64,000 nt of DNA from a virus, in the IMG/VR virus record IMGVR_UViG_3300028920_000073; one strand, 5' to 3'. A program made the translations under genes and the position numbers. Positions 55,534 to 64,000 of this stretch are shown here, piece by piece. The notes under the pieces were generated by a model. That model was not told the origin of the DNA. It worked only from the letters and a program-made list of their open reading frames with translations, and made no database searches. Numbering within the stretch: the first letter of the stretch is position 1; each line of letters begins with the position of its first letter.

Positions 55534-56127
55534 ATGGTAAGTCACAAACATAAAGTTATATGGATTAGAATAGATAAGACAGCAGGATCAACTTTACAAA
55601 CTGCTTTCAGAGAAGCTGGAATGTTTTGTGATGAACCTATTTGCCCTGGATGTAAAAAATTCAATAACTGTCATGATCGTGCAGATAAAATATCAAAACT
55701 TCCTTTTTGGGATGATTATTTTAAAATGACTTTTGTAAGAAATCCATTTGATAAAATTTTATCTGGTTTCTGTTTTGTAAATCAAAGACCTGGACTCAAA
55801 AGTAAATTTAAAACGTTTAAAGAATTAATAGATCATATATACACACAATACAAAGAAGGAATAAACCTTCCTATATGGTATAAGAATCAAGTTGATTGGT
55901 TAAAAGATAATAAGGGCGAAATCAAAATGGATTTCATTGGAAAGTTTGAAAGCCTTGAATATGATTACATTAATTTATGTAATATATTAGGACTTAAAAA
56001 AATAGAATTGAAAAGTATAAATAAAACAAATCATAAATCATACAGAGAATATTATGACGATGATATGATTAAAAAATTTACAGAAATGTTTGAGCCTGAC
56101 TTAGAATATTTTGGTTATAGTTATTAA
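55534..56127 (+). CDS. Sulfotransferase family 2 protein
   Basis: 5'-PSB IDKTAGSTL, 3'-PB FVRNPFDKILSGF, DFIGKFESL; ATG 55534 preferred over 55477. Confidence 0.88.
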   Translation: MVSHKHKVIWIRIDKTAGSTLQTAFREAGMFCDEPICPGCKKFNNCHDRADKISKLPFWDDYFKMTFVRNPFDKILSGFCFVNQRPGLKSKFKTFKELIDHIYTQYKEGINLPIWYKNQVDWLKDNKGEIKMDFIGKFESLEYDYINLCNILGLKKIELKSINKTNHKSYREYYDDDMIKKFTEMFEPDLEYFGYSY

Positions 56128-56130
56128 AAA

Positions 56131-57021
56131 CTACAAATAATTCTTTTTATACCAATATATAAATTCTGATAAACCTTCTTCTAAACTATATAATGGTCTA
56201 TAGTTTAAAAAATTAACTGCTTCACTTATATCTAAGGCATTACTAGAAGTATCACCATACTTCCTTTCCTTCTCTTCAATAATTGCTTCTTTACCTATTA
56301 TTTTAGATATTAACAATATAACATCCTTAATAGATGTTGCTATACCTGTTCCTATATTAAAAGTCAAACAACCTCCAACGGGAAAATCTATTGCTTTAAT
56401 TATTCCTTGAACACAATCATCTATGTATAAAAAATCTCTCATAGAAGATCCATCATACATAGTTATAGTTTTACCTTTATAAATAGAATCAACAAAAGTA
56501 GGAATTCCCATTTCCATTCTAAGACCAGAACCATAAGTAGTAGATATTCTCAAAATTATTGAGTTTAATCCTCTCCCTGAAGCCATATCACACATATACT
56601 CACCTGTTATTTTTGTAATCTCGTTAGGATTACTTGGTTTGATAGGTGATGTTTCTGTTAATCTGTTTATGGAAGTTTGATATACTCCAGAGGAAGAAGA
56701 AAATATTAATTTTTCAACTTTATGTTTGATACATTTTTCAATAATATTGTTTGTTCCTATTATATTATTGAAATAAAACTTATTTGGATAGTTAACAGAA
56801 AGTCTTGAACCAACTCTTGAAGCTAAATGTATAACACATTCAGGTTTAAATTTTTCAAAAATTTTACTTGATTCTACTATATCAGAATTTATAAACGGAA
56901 AATCAGGAGATGTTAATTCATAATTATCAATACCTAATATATTATATGTAGGAACATCTTTAATTTTATCTACTAAATGAGATCCGATAAAACCATTACA
57001 TCCTGTGATTAGTATTTTCAT
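56131..57021 (-). CDS. NAD-dependent sugar epimerase/dehydratase (extended SDR), catalytic Tyr replaced by Asn
   Basis: TGCNGFIG, HLAS, SSSSGVY, NEITK in place of YxxxK, RDFLYIDD. Confidence 0.88.
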   Translation of the reverse strand: MKILITGCNGFIGSHLVDKIKDVPTYNILGIDNYELTSPDFPFINSDIVESSKIFEKFKPECVIHLASRVGSRLSVNYPNKFYFNNIIGTNNIIEKCIKHKVEKLIFSSSSGVYQTSINRLTETSPIKPSNPNEITKITGEYMCDMASGRGLNSIILRISTTYGSGLRMEMGIPTFVDSIYKGKTITMYDGSSMRDFLYIDDCVQGIIKAIDFPVGGCLTFNIGTGIATSIKDVILLISKIIGKEAIIEEKERKYGDTSSNALDISEAVNFLNYRPLYSLEEGLSEFIYWYKKNYL

Positions 57022-57728
57022 ATTTTACTTTTTTTCCAGGAACCTAATCTAAAGAACTTATCTTCAGTTCTTTTTATTTTAAGGTTAAAAGAACACAACA
57101 AAGTAAAGAGTTCGTTATACTGTTTTATTGTTTTTAACAGCGTACTTTTTGTAAAAACCTTTTTAAACATTATAAGTTTAGAACTTCCATACTGATCAAG
57201 ATTATAAATATCCTTTTTCTTCATTTGTTCTCTAAAAGACTTATTACTAAATAACCTATCCCAACCATAAGAAAATACAAACATATAATAATCTTTGTAT
57301 TTTGAAGTTATATCTCCGTAATTATACAATGAACCATTTGCTTGTATGTTTTTTGTTATTTCTATACTCCTATTAAAATCATCTGCAAAGGAAGTAATAT
57401 CTTTGTTTGATTTTTTTACAGTTTCATTTATTATAGTTATCTCTTTTTTCCAATGAGTAATCCAATTTACATAACGGAGATCCCCTGTACCATATATTTG
57501 CACAGTATAATTTTTAGGATCGTTTTCATAAACTAAATAAGTTAGTTTCTCTTTGTCCTTAAAACATCTAAAACCAGAAACAGGTTTAAACTCTTTGTAT
57601 GCTTTACAACTAAACAACCAACTTCTTTTTTCCTCATTGGTTGTTCCTGTACATTTACCATTAGAGTTAATATGTTTACATTCATATCTTATTTTATCAA
57701 AATCTATTTTTAATATTTTTTCTTTCAA
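57018..57728 (-). CDS. Hypothetical protein
   Basis: 236 aa, TTG start with SD AAGGA. Confidence 0.6.
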   Translation of the reverse strand: MKEKILKIDFDKIRYECKHINSNGKCTGTTNEEKRSWLFSCKAYKEFKPVSGFRCFKDKEKLTYLVYENDPKNYTVQIYGTGDLRYVNWITHWKKEITIINETVKKSNKDITSFADDFNRSIEITKNIQANGSLYNYGDITSKYKDYYMFVFSYGWDRLFSNKSFREQMKKKDIYNLDQYGSSKLIMFKKVFTKSTLLKTIKQYNELFTLLCSFNLKIKRTEDKFFRLGSWKKSKI

Positions 57729-57738
57729 TTGTTATTCC

Positions 57739-58380
57739 TTATTTAAAATAAATTTGTTCTGCAAAAGAAACTCTGTCAATCCAAGGACATTTTCCTTTAT
57801 TGTTTTCATCAAAATCAGCAGGAGTATATCCATTAACAACATATTCTGTAGATAAAAGTCCTATTTTAATTAATGTATGTGCTACTAATTCGGAACAAAA
57901 ATAAGAATCTGATGAAGAAACCTTATTTTTAAACCTTCCTTCAAATAACTCTTCTGCTAAATCTTTTAGAGATGGGAATCCAGCACCTTTATTAGTAAGT
58001 GTAACCATAAACCTTTTTAACACAGTAAAATGTGCAGAATCTAAACAAGGAGAAATTAATCTCCTTAAAGCGAACTTACTATCTGTTTTCTCAGAATGAT
58101 CTGATTCTATTCTGTCTTCAAACCTAACTAACATGGGTCCTGGTTTAGATTGTTTTTCTATCAACACATTTACAAGGTCTTCTGAATCAGATGACTCCCA
58201 TATTAAAACTTCATCGTTTAATCCAATGTCTTTACCTTGAACGATCATGCACACATGACTCCATTCTGATAACTCCACAGCTTCAATTACTTTGCTTGTT
58301 GCTTCAGTTCCATGAGCAAGCATTATATCACCTGTTTTCAATGTAGGCATTAAATCTTTATAACTACAATATCTTCTCAT
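57739..58380 (-). CDS. Permuted papain-like (YiiX/YebB, NlpC/P60) amidase
   Basis: LKTGDIML, WSHVCMI (His) before YFCSEL (Cys), YTPADF. Confidence 0.85.
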   Translation of the reverse strand: MRRYCSYKDLMPTLKTGDIMLAHGTEATSKVIEAVELSEWSHVCMIVQGKDIGLNDEVLIWESSDSEDLVNVLIEKQSKPGPMLVRFEDRIESDHSEKTDSKFALRRLISPCLDSAHFTVLKRFMVTLTNKGAGFPSLKDLAEELFEGRFKNKVSSSDSYFCSELVAHTLIKIGLLSTEYVVNGYTPADFDENNKGKCPWIDRVSFAEQIYFK

Positions 58381-58383
58381 TAT

Positions 58384-58764
58384 TTACTCCTTTATAATTT
58401 TCATACCATAATTTTTTTGATCAACAACAAAATGTGTTGATAGTTCTACAGGATTACTTGATTTTATGTTTATAGTAAACTCTGGGTTTTTATAATTGAT
58501 AAAATTCTTATTAAATTTTGCATATCTAATATTAAACTTAGCTTTTGGTAAGGGAATATCTTTTATGATTACAGATGTGTTTATAAAAATAGATACTATA
58601 AAAACATTTGGAGAATTCCAAAAAAGATTAACTGGATATAATAAAACGTTACCGTTTATTTTATATTTAAAAATATAAGAAGAAAATGTTCTTTCTGTGA
58701 AAATACTTTTAAGAACAAGCATATTATCTTCCTTCTTCTTATACCAAGCAAAATCTGAACGCAT
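58384..58764 (-). CDS. Hypothetical protein
   Basis: 126 aa. Confidence 0.55.
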   Translation of the reverse strand: MRSDFAWYKKKEDNMLVLKSIFTERTFSSYIFKYKINGNVLLYPVNLFWNSPNVFIVSIFINTSVIIKDIPLPKAKFNIRYAKFNKNFINYKNPEFTINIKSSNPVELSTHFVVDQKNYGMKIIKE

Positions 58765-59084
58765 TATTTTACCCCTATTTCAAATTCCAGTAAACTTATT
58801 TTATCACGTAACAAAAAATATCTTTCATTAAAATCTATATCAAACATATAATGTTTCTCACAAATATGCAAAGTACACATTTGTCGCAGATGAGGCTCTA
58901 ATCTGCATTTATTATTTACTAAAAAAGGAAGTTCTAAATCTATTCCTAAAGTTTTTTTAGTTATTTCTTTAGTTAATAGACATTGGTATTCTGAACAACA
59001 AGTAACTGTATCACAAGTAGAACATTTTTCTTGTGTTAAATTAAACATCTCTTTATATAAAACTTTTAGTTTTTTCTTGCTCAT
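58764..59084 (-). CDS. Cys-rich metal-binding protein (YkgJ-like)
   Basis: CSTC...CC...C...CRL...RQMC..HIC. Confidence 0.55.
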   Translation of the reverse strand: MSKKKLKVLYKEMFNLTQEKCSTCDTVTCCSEYQCLLTKEITKKTLGIDLELPFLVNNKCRLEPHLRQMCTLHICEKHYMFDIDFNERYFLLRDKISLLEFEIGVK

Positions 59085-59085
59085 G

Positions 59086-59556
59086 TTATTTAGGAGTTTC
59101 TTCCATTAAGTAACAAAAACTAACGTCTATTTTTTGTCTGTTTTCTTCTTTTTTATTCTGTAAACATCCTTCTTCTCTAGCTCCTATATAGTTGAGATAC
59201 TCATGATAACTCATTTCATATCTACTATCTATTTCATAATATTTGTATGCTCTTGTTTTTTGTTCTATGTAATGCTCGTTACCAAATATGAATTTTATAG
59301 TAACTCCATTACATTTCCAGTTATGTTTATCAATAACCTCAATATTTAATTCATGTTCTATTAAAACATCGTGAAGCATAGGTTTTATGTGATCAAACCA
59401 ATAACCATAAGGAGCTTTCCAAAATATATTTTTTATATCTTTATTAGTTTCAATAATACCAGCAAGTTCATGACAAGAAGCATATGTTTTTCCAGCACCT
59501 CTACCAGATTTTTGTCCGGCAACTACATCATGTAATCTGTTTATATTGGTTTTCAT
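59086..59556 (-). CDS. Small P-loop protein (terminase-ATPase-like fragment)
   Basis: GRGAGKT Walker A near N-terminus, only 156 aa. Confidence 0.55.
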   Translation of the reverse strand: MKTNINRLHDVVAGQKSGRGAGKTYASCHELAGIIETNKDIKNIFWKAPYGYWFDHIKPMLHDVLIEHELNIEVIDKHNWKCNGVTIKFIFGNEHYIEQKTRAYKYYEIDSRYEMSYHEYLNYIGAREEGCLQNKKEENRQKIDVSFCYLMEETPK

Positions 59557-59917
59557 ATATAGATTTTACAGTATTATTTTTAAAATTATGCCTTTTATTT
59601 CTCTGTAAAATAACAAAACAAAGAAAAAGATAATAATAAACAAAGGTATCTTTCCTGCTGTTGAATAATAAACAAGAATTAGAAAACCTATTACCTTTAA
59701 AAATATTTTAAAAACTATCATAACTTAAAATAATCTATATTATAGCAATACAACAATATTATTTACTCCTTTATTTGTTCATAAAAGCAATGGCTTCATC
59801 GCTTCATCTAATGTCTTTGAATACATTGTACCAATCTCCCAAGTCATACGTTTCCTCAACCAATCATTTTCTCTTTTATCAATTATAAAAATAATCAATC
59901 CTTTGTCCAAATTTCTT

Positions 59918-60424
59918 TTAATAAGAAGGATTTTGATTAATAATATCAATAGCCTCAATAATATTATTAATAGTTTCAAATTCACCTTGTTCTTTCCAAT
60001 TAATTCTAGATTCTTTATATTCCTTATTTACTTTAAATTTTTTTTGATTAGCCCAAGAAAATAATTCTTCTTTAGTTTCAAATCTAGTAGGTAATCTATG
60101 ATCATAAGGTTTATGCCAATCTTTTAATTGATTCCATATTTTACCTCTATAATCGTCTGCCTTATATTCTATCCATTTAGTTTTTTTATTAAAAGGTATT
60201 CCCCAATTAGCATCTTTATCTTGATACCATTCATAATAAATAATCAATTTTCTAATACATTTTGTACACTTTTTATATTTGGAATGAGAGTATCCACTAA
60301 AATCTAACTCACCTTTATAAGGAATACCACAACAGCTATAAGTAAATGTTCCTTTTTTAAATTCGGGGAGTTTATTATGTAACTGCTGTATAAACTCCTG
60401 AACTGAATTTTGTATTTCGTACAT
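59918..60424 (-). CDS. Hypothetical protein
   Basis: 168 aa, SD AAGG. Confidence 0.6.
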   Translation of the reverse strand: MYEIQNSVQEFIQQLHNKLPEFKKGTFTYSCCGIPYKGELDFSGYSHSKYKKCTKCIRKLIIYYEWYQDKDANWGIPFNKKTKWIEYKADDYRGKIWNQLKDWHKPYDHRLPTRFETKEELFSWANQKKFKVNKEYKESRINWKEQGEFETINNIIEAIDIINQNPSY

Positions 60425-60548
60425 ATTATTTTCCTTTTTTAAAAAATCTTAATCTTTAAAGAATTTAGTTCTTATCAAAGAATTTAGATAGTAATTAAAT
60501 CCAAACCAAGCATTACCATTACAACTACTCCAGACACAATAGCTGTTC

Positions 60549-60782
60549 TTATTTTCTAATACAAGTACATTCCTCAAATTTACAAGATGTATGTCCTAAT
60601 TCTTCAAACATAGGCCAGAATACTTTGCCATTAAAGTATGGCGGTATCCCACGTAAAACTTTTGGCATTATTAAACCGCCTTCAGGATCATCTTTTGGTA
60701 TAGGAATGTTAAGCATTTTTAACATACAATTTCTGTAGTCCCTCATGTGATTCATTCTTGTTTTCCAGAATATCATTTTCAT
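60549..60782 (-). CDS. Hypothetical protein
   Basis: 77 aa, SD AAGGAG. Confidence 0.6.
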   Translation of the reverse strand: MKMIFWKTRMNHMRDYRNCMLKMLNIPIPKDDPEGGLIMPKVLRGIPPYFNGKVFWPMFEELGHTSCKFEECTCIRK

Positions 60783-60791
60783 TGTTCTCCT

Positions 60792-60986
60792 TTAGCAAAT
60801 CAATCCTTCTATATTTTCATCATATAATCCTAAAGCTAATGCTATTTCTTCACAATCCTCTTTTCTTCTGAATAGCTTAGGATCTACTCTAATAAATTTA
60901 TGAGATACTTTGTTTAACTCAGGCATTATTTTTTCTAAAATCTTATTACCTCTTTCTAAAGTTCTTTTATATAGATATTTGTTCAT
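60792..60986 (-). CDS. Hypothetical protein
   Basis: 64 aa, SD AAGGA. Confidence 0.6.
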   Translation of the reverse strand: MNKYLYKRTLERGNKILEKIMPELNKVSHKFIRVDPKLFRRKEDCEEIALALGLYDENIEGLIC

Positions 60987-61113
60987 GCTATTCCTTTTGT
61001 CTTAGGTACAATTTTCCTACATCAAAACAACCACAATTGGCAAATTCCTCACTGAACTTATCACAAACAGTTCTAGTTTGGGTTTGTCCATTGTTTCTCC
61101 ATCTACTTATATT

Positions 61114-61746
61114 TTACAGTGTACTATTTCTGTTATAACCTAAAACTTCCATAATATCATTAGGAAAAATAACTTTAAATTTCTGATAATGTTTTGTTTT
61201 AAAAAATTTTTTATAAGTGTAACATCTTTTTTCTGTAGTCGCATTAACCTTTGTGGCGTTTATTATTTTTATTGCTTCATGCATTTTTTTAAAATCTGTT
61301 TTGATAAAATTACAAATTTTATGTGCTATGTTTATTTCGTTATCTTTGCTAAAAAATTCTTCCAATCTTATAATCAAACATTTATTTATTTTATCTTGTT
61401 TAAAACCATCATACATAAATTTTATAATATTTCCTGCACTGTGTTCCATTTCAAAAAATATTTTTTCATCATAATTTAAATCTCTAAGATGTTCCCAATA
61501 AGGCTTTCCTTTTATTATTGTTTTTCTCATCCATTTTTCTTTTCCTGTTTGGTTGTACCTAACTGAAGATACTATAAGCTCTAAAGGATTTCTTATAAAC
61601 AATACACACCTATCTTCAACTTTTTTAACATTATTAAAATGTCCAGTTGAATTATAACTAAAACTATCATCAAGTTTTCCGTACAAATTAAAAAGTCTTT
61701 TAGACAAGTATGTTCCTGTCTTATGGTAAGAAGCAATAAGTATCAT
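61114..61746 (-). CDS. Second sulfotransferase-like protein
   Basis: SYHKTGTYL 5'-PSB loop, FIRNPLELIVSS 3'-PB motif, IIRLEEF. Confidence 0.75.
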   Translation of the reverse strand: MILIASYHKTGTYLSKRLFNLYGKLDDSFSYNSTGHFNNVKKVEDRCVLFIRNPLELIVSSVRYNQTGKEKWMRKTIIKGKPYWEHLRDLNYDEKIFFEMEHSAGNIIKFMYDGFKQDKINKCLIIRLEEFFSKDNEINIAHKICNFIKTDFKKMHEAIKIINATKVNATTEKRCYTYKKFFKTKHYQKFKVIFPNDIMEVLGYNRNSTL

Positions 61747-62474
61747 TAAGTTATTTTGGATAAAAGAAAATCACCTAATTCGGGAGAGCCATATATATCT
61801 TCTGGAATATCTTTAAAATCTTTTTTTGGTATATCTTTTTTTGTCTTCCATATTTTGTTTATATAAACTGTTTTTAGTAGTAATACAGACTGTACTTTCT
61901 GATATATTGTTAACGCAATAAAAGGATTATCGTCTTTATTCTTTTTTATTCTACAAGCAAGATAAATATTAGAACCCTTGACATAATAAGAACTAGAAGT
62001 AGATGTTATCCATATTAAAAATTTTAAAGAGTTTGCTTCGTAGTTTCTTTCTATGTAGTCAAAAAGTTCTTTTTTATCCTTGTTTCTTATTCTTTGTTCA
62101 AACCGTAAAATAGCATGAGAAGTAATGACTATCCTAGGAATAACATCTGGGTCAAGGTACAGTCTTCCTTTAGGTGTTTTAAAAATATGTTCTACATTGG
62201 AATAAGCTTTTTTATTTTTCTGATGAAACATAGCATAAGGATCATAACGAAGTTTTAATTCTCTTTTTATTATATTCGTAGCTTTCTTGGCTTTTCTCAT
62301 AGACATTTTTTTAAGAGGATTTTTCTTCATTACCTTATCTACAGATTGTTCTATAAGAACTCCAAGTGAAGTTTCAAAATGTTTATCAAGAGGTTTTGCT
62401 TTAAACCTTTTTTTAAGAATTTTATTTGTATCAATAAGATGATCTGGATCTTTATTAACTTTAGTAGTTTTCAT
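61746..62474 (-). CDS. Basic protein with HAxxRFxxR motif (RelE/BECR-like nuclease candidate)
   Basis: IVITSHAILRFEQRI; LLKTVY. Confidence 0.4.
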   Translation of the reverse strand: MKTTKVNKDPDHLIDTNKILKKRFKAKPLDKHFETSLGVLIEQSVDKVMKKNPLKKMSMRKAKKATNIIKRELKLRYDPYAMFHQKNKKAYSNVEHIFKTPKGRLYLDPDVIPRIVITSHAILRFEQRIRNKDKKELFDYIERNYEANSLKFLIWITSTSSSYYVKGSNIYLACRIKKNKDDNPFIALTIYQKVQSVLLLKTVYINKIWKTKKDIPKKDFKDIPEDIYGSPELGDFLLSKIT

Positions 62475-62483
62475 AGATGATTT

Positions 62484-62942
62484 TTACTTGAACCAATATG
62501 GAATATTTCCCATCTTCCATTTTGCAAAACTTTTCTTTTCGCATACATAGTAATTTCTATAAGCCAAAACCGTGTTTTTTCTTTTATATTGATCAGGCAT
62601 GGCTTGTATATTAAAGTGCACGTTTCTACAAAGTAATATTTCTGGTGGATTTAAATTTTTTATAATACTTTCACACTTATGTGTTTTACCGTATCTAATT
62701 GTGTATTCCTTACACAAGCAAATCCCTAAGTCTCTTAACCATATCCAGTTCCCTAAAGAATGTCTTGTCCATTTAGCACAAGGATGATTCTTATGTGTTA
62801 ATTTATATTGAGCCGATTCCCCACAATATATTATAGCTCCACATAACAGTTGTGCTGTTTCTAGTATCATTTTTACCACATGTTTATCACAGTGGTATTC
62901 AGCACACTTAGATGGATCTTTATCAAGAACAAAAATATTCAT
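62484..62942 (-). CDS. Pyrimidine-dimer DNA glycosylase family (T4 EndoV-related)
   Basis: MNIFVLD...CDKHVVKMILETAQLL...THKNHPC..W...EYTIRYGKTH. Confidence 0.88.
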   Translation of the reverse strand: MNIFVLDKDPSKCAEYHCDKHVVKMILETAQLLCGAIIYCGESAQYKLTHKNHPCAKWTRHSLGNWIWLRDLGICLCKEYTIRYGKTHKCESIIKNLNPPEILLCRNVHFNIQAMPDQYKRKNTVLAYRNYYVCEKKSFAKWKMGNIPYWFK

Positions 62943-62993
62943 CTTGTAATTGTCTTTATAAATCAACCTCTGGATCTTCAATATATTTATTCA

Positions 62994-63410
62994 TTACCAA
63001 ATCGAGAGTTGCACAATCCTCTTTTTCAGTTTCAACATCGAAATCATTACAACTATGATTATTTTGTGGATTGGATATAAAGGATCTACTTCTATAAGTT
63101 CAAGCCATTGTGGATCAACAATAGCACTTAATCCATCAGCTACTTCTATTTTTTTACCATGCTCAATACTTCTTAACAGAGTATTTATATTAGCCTCTTC
63201 GGAAGCTTGTATAACAACTATACGAACATTTCCGTTTTCTATATGAGAAGCTATTGCAACAATACTTCCAGGAGCAGTTATGGAATAAGGTGCTTTATCT
63301 TTAACACTATAAAAACCATAAGGATATTTGTTTATCAAGTCTTTAATATGTTGTGGTCTTTCTTCCCACCATAATTGAAGTTCTTTGTCTGCTTTTTTAA
63401 TATCTATCAT
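62994..63410 (-). CDS. Hypothetical protein
   Basis: 138 aa, SD AAGG. Confidence 0.55.
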   Translation of the reverse strand: MIDIKKADKELQLWWEERPQHIKDLINKYPYGFYSVKDKAPYSITAPGSIVAIASHIENGNVRIVVIQASEEANINTLLRSIEHGKKIEVADGLSAIVDPQWLELIEVDPLYPIHKIIIVVMISMLKLKKRIVQLSIW

Positions 63411-63476
63411 TGCTTTTCCTTTTGACCTTTTATTCTACCAAGAAATTTTCTCCTTCTTACAAATAACTCTGCTTTT

Positions 63477-63731
63477 TCATCTTTGCTCCAATCCACAATA
63501 TCTACAATATTTATCATCCTTCCATAAAGCTCTATTACATTTTTTACACCAAGTACGTTCAGTCTTAGGTTCAGTCTTTTTGGGATTATGTTCCTCTTCT
63601 TCGCATTCAGGACACCATTCTACGTAAACCCGTTTTTCTGAATTATCATTATAACTAAAATCTATACCGCCAAATTCATATTCCCATTTTCCTTCATAAT
63701 ATCTTTTATGCTTGCTACAATATTTTGACAT
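63477..63731 (-). CDS. Small zinc-ribbon protein
   Basis: CPEC and CKKC...CRYC motifs. Confidence 0.65.
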   Translation of the reverse strand: MSKYCSKHKRYYEGKWEYEFGGIDFSYNDNSEKRVYVEWCPECEEEEHNPKKTEPKTERTWCKKCNRALWKDDKYCRYCGLEQR

Positions 63732-64000
63732 GTTTTTACCTCTTGTAAGTTTTCATATGTCCTAATTTAAACCTAACTCATTTCTAATTCTTTCTTGTTT
63801 TTCCTTTTGTCCTTTTATTCTACCTAAATTAAAAACAGCAAGAATTATTTTTTATGGAACTGAATCTTTCAAAGTGAGTTTTTTTAAGTGTTGATTCCAT
63901 ATAATCTCCTTTAAAACTCGAAATCTAATTGTTCACCTTTTAATGTTGGAAACCTATATCTAACATTATCAAGAATACCCCATTCTCTTCCTTGAGATTT

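Noticed and set aside
3603-59038. TAACACAA copies inside coding sequence (2057, 3603, 18654, reverse at 59031)
   Set aside because: Single, unphased copies at about the frequency expected by chance in A-rich coding DNA; not counted as regulatory
60988-61113. 41-codon in-frame continuation after the second sulfotransferase stop
   Set aside because: TAA is rarely read through and the extension has no sulfotransferase motif; more likely a small separate ORF or chance
32-63627. Many antisense or nested ORFs in the track (e.g. 32-496, 1439-1642, 17153-17572, 42399-42863, 46242-46757, 58496-58678, 61253-61474)
   Set aside because: They lie opposite longer genes with clear motifs or SD sites, lack an RBS, and have Phe/Leu/Ser/Ile-rich composition typical of shadow frames in AT-rich DNA
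63760-63900. Possible frameshifted small minus-strand gene at an A6 run
   Set aside because: Fragments are too short to assign homology; cannot distinguish pseudogene, slippage or sequencing error
1-64000. Alternative genetic code (TAG or TGA recoding)
   Set aside because: Long conserved genes are uninterrupted under code 11, and TAG and TGA terminate genes at sensible positions (terL, portal, primase-upstream gene)
1-64000. Phage-nucleus (chimallin) system implied by the tubulin
   Set aside because: No chimallin-like or multisubunit RNA polymerase gene recognised, and the replisome is not phiKZ-like; cannot be excluded outside the window

Overview
AT-rich (roughly 27-28% GC), gene-dense segment of a large tailed dsDNA bacteriophage (jumbo-phage-like, probably contractile tail; host not determinable, diderm hints), standard genetic code. 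The + strand (1-56127) runs: tape-measure-like gene (5' truncated), membrane/coiled-coil genes, head morphogenesis (TerL with 2 inteins, portal with 1, neck/adaptor with 1), a stand-alone CheY-like receiver, an accessory island (23.9-29.2 kb), then replication genes (DnaG primase, SF2 helicase, PolA, DnaC-like loader, DnaB, MazG-like, beta-clamp, Dam) interleaved with baseplate hub/spike genes, an RRM protein, a tubulin/FtsZ-family GTPase and a sulfotransferase. The - strand (56131-64000) carries small accessory genes (SDR epimerase, permuted papain amidase, second sulfotransferase, pyrimidine-dimer glycosylase). Seven inteins occupy about 9.3 kb. The most notable non-coding signals are: (i) an 8-nt-periodic TAACACAA element at about 11 gene boundaries plus a 5-copy array; (ii) an 81-nt pseudoknotted RNA ahead of a zinc-finger gene that, like its paralog, ends in an ssrA-like YxMAA tail; (iii) an ARPP-1 gene bracketed by a 16-bp inverted repeat and a 9-bp direct repeat, as expected for an integrated circle; (iv) three perfect 11-bp repeats right after the tubulin gene (candidate centromere). 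No tRNA, rRNA or CRISPR array was found. All family assignments are from motif recognition by eye; no database search was run.
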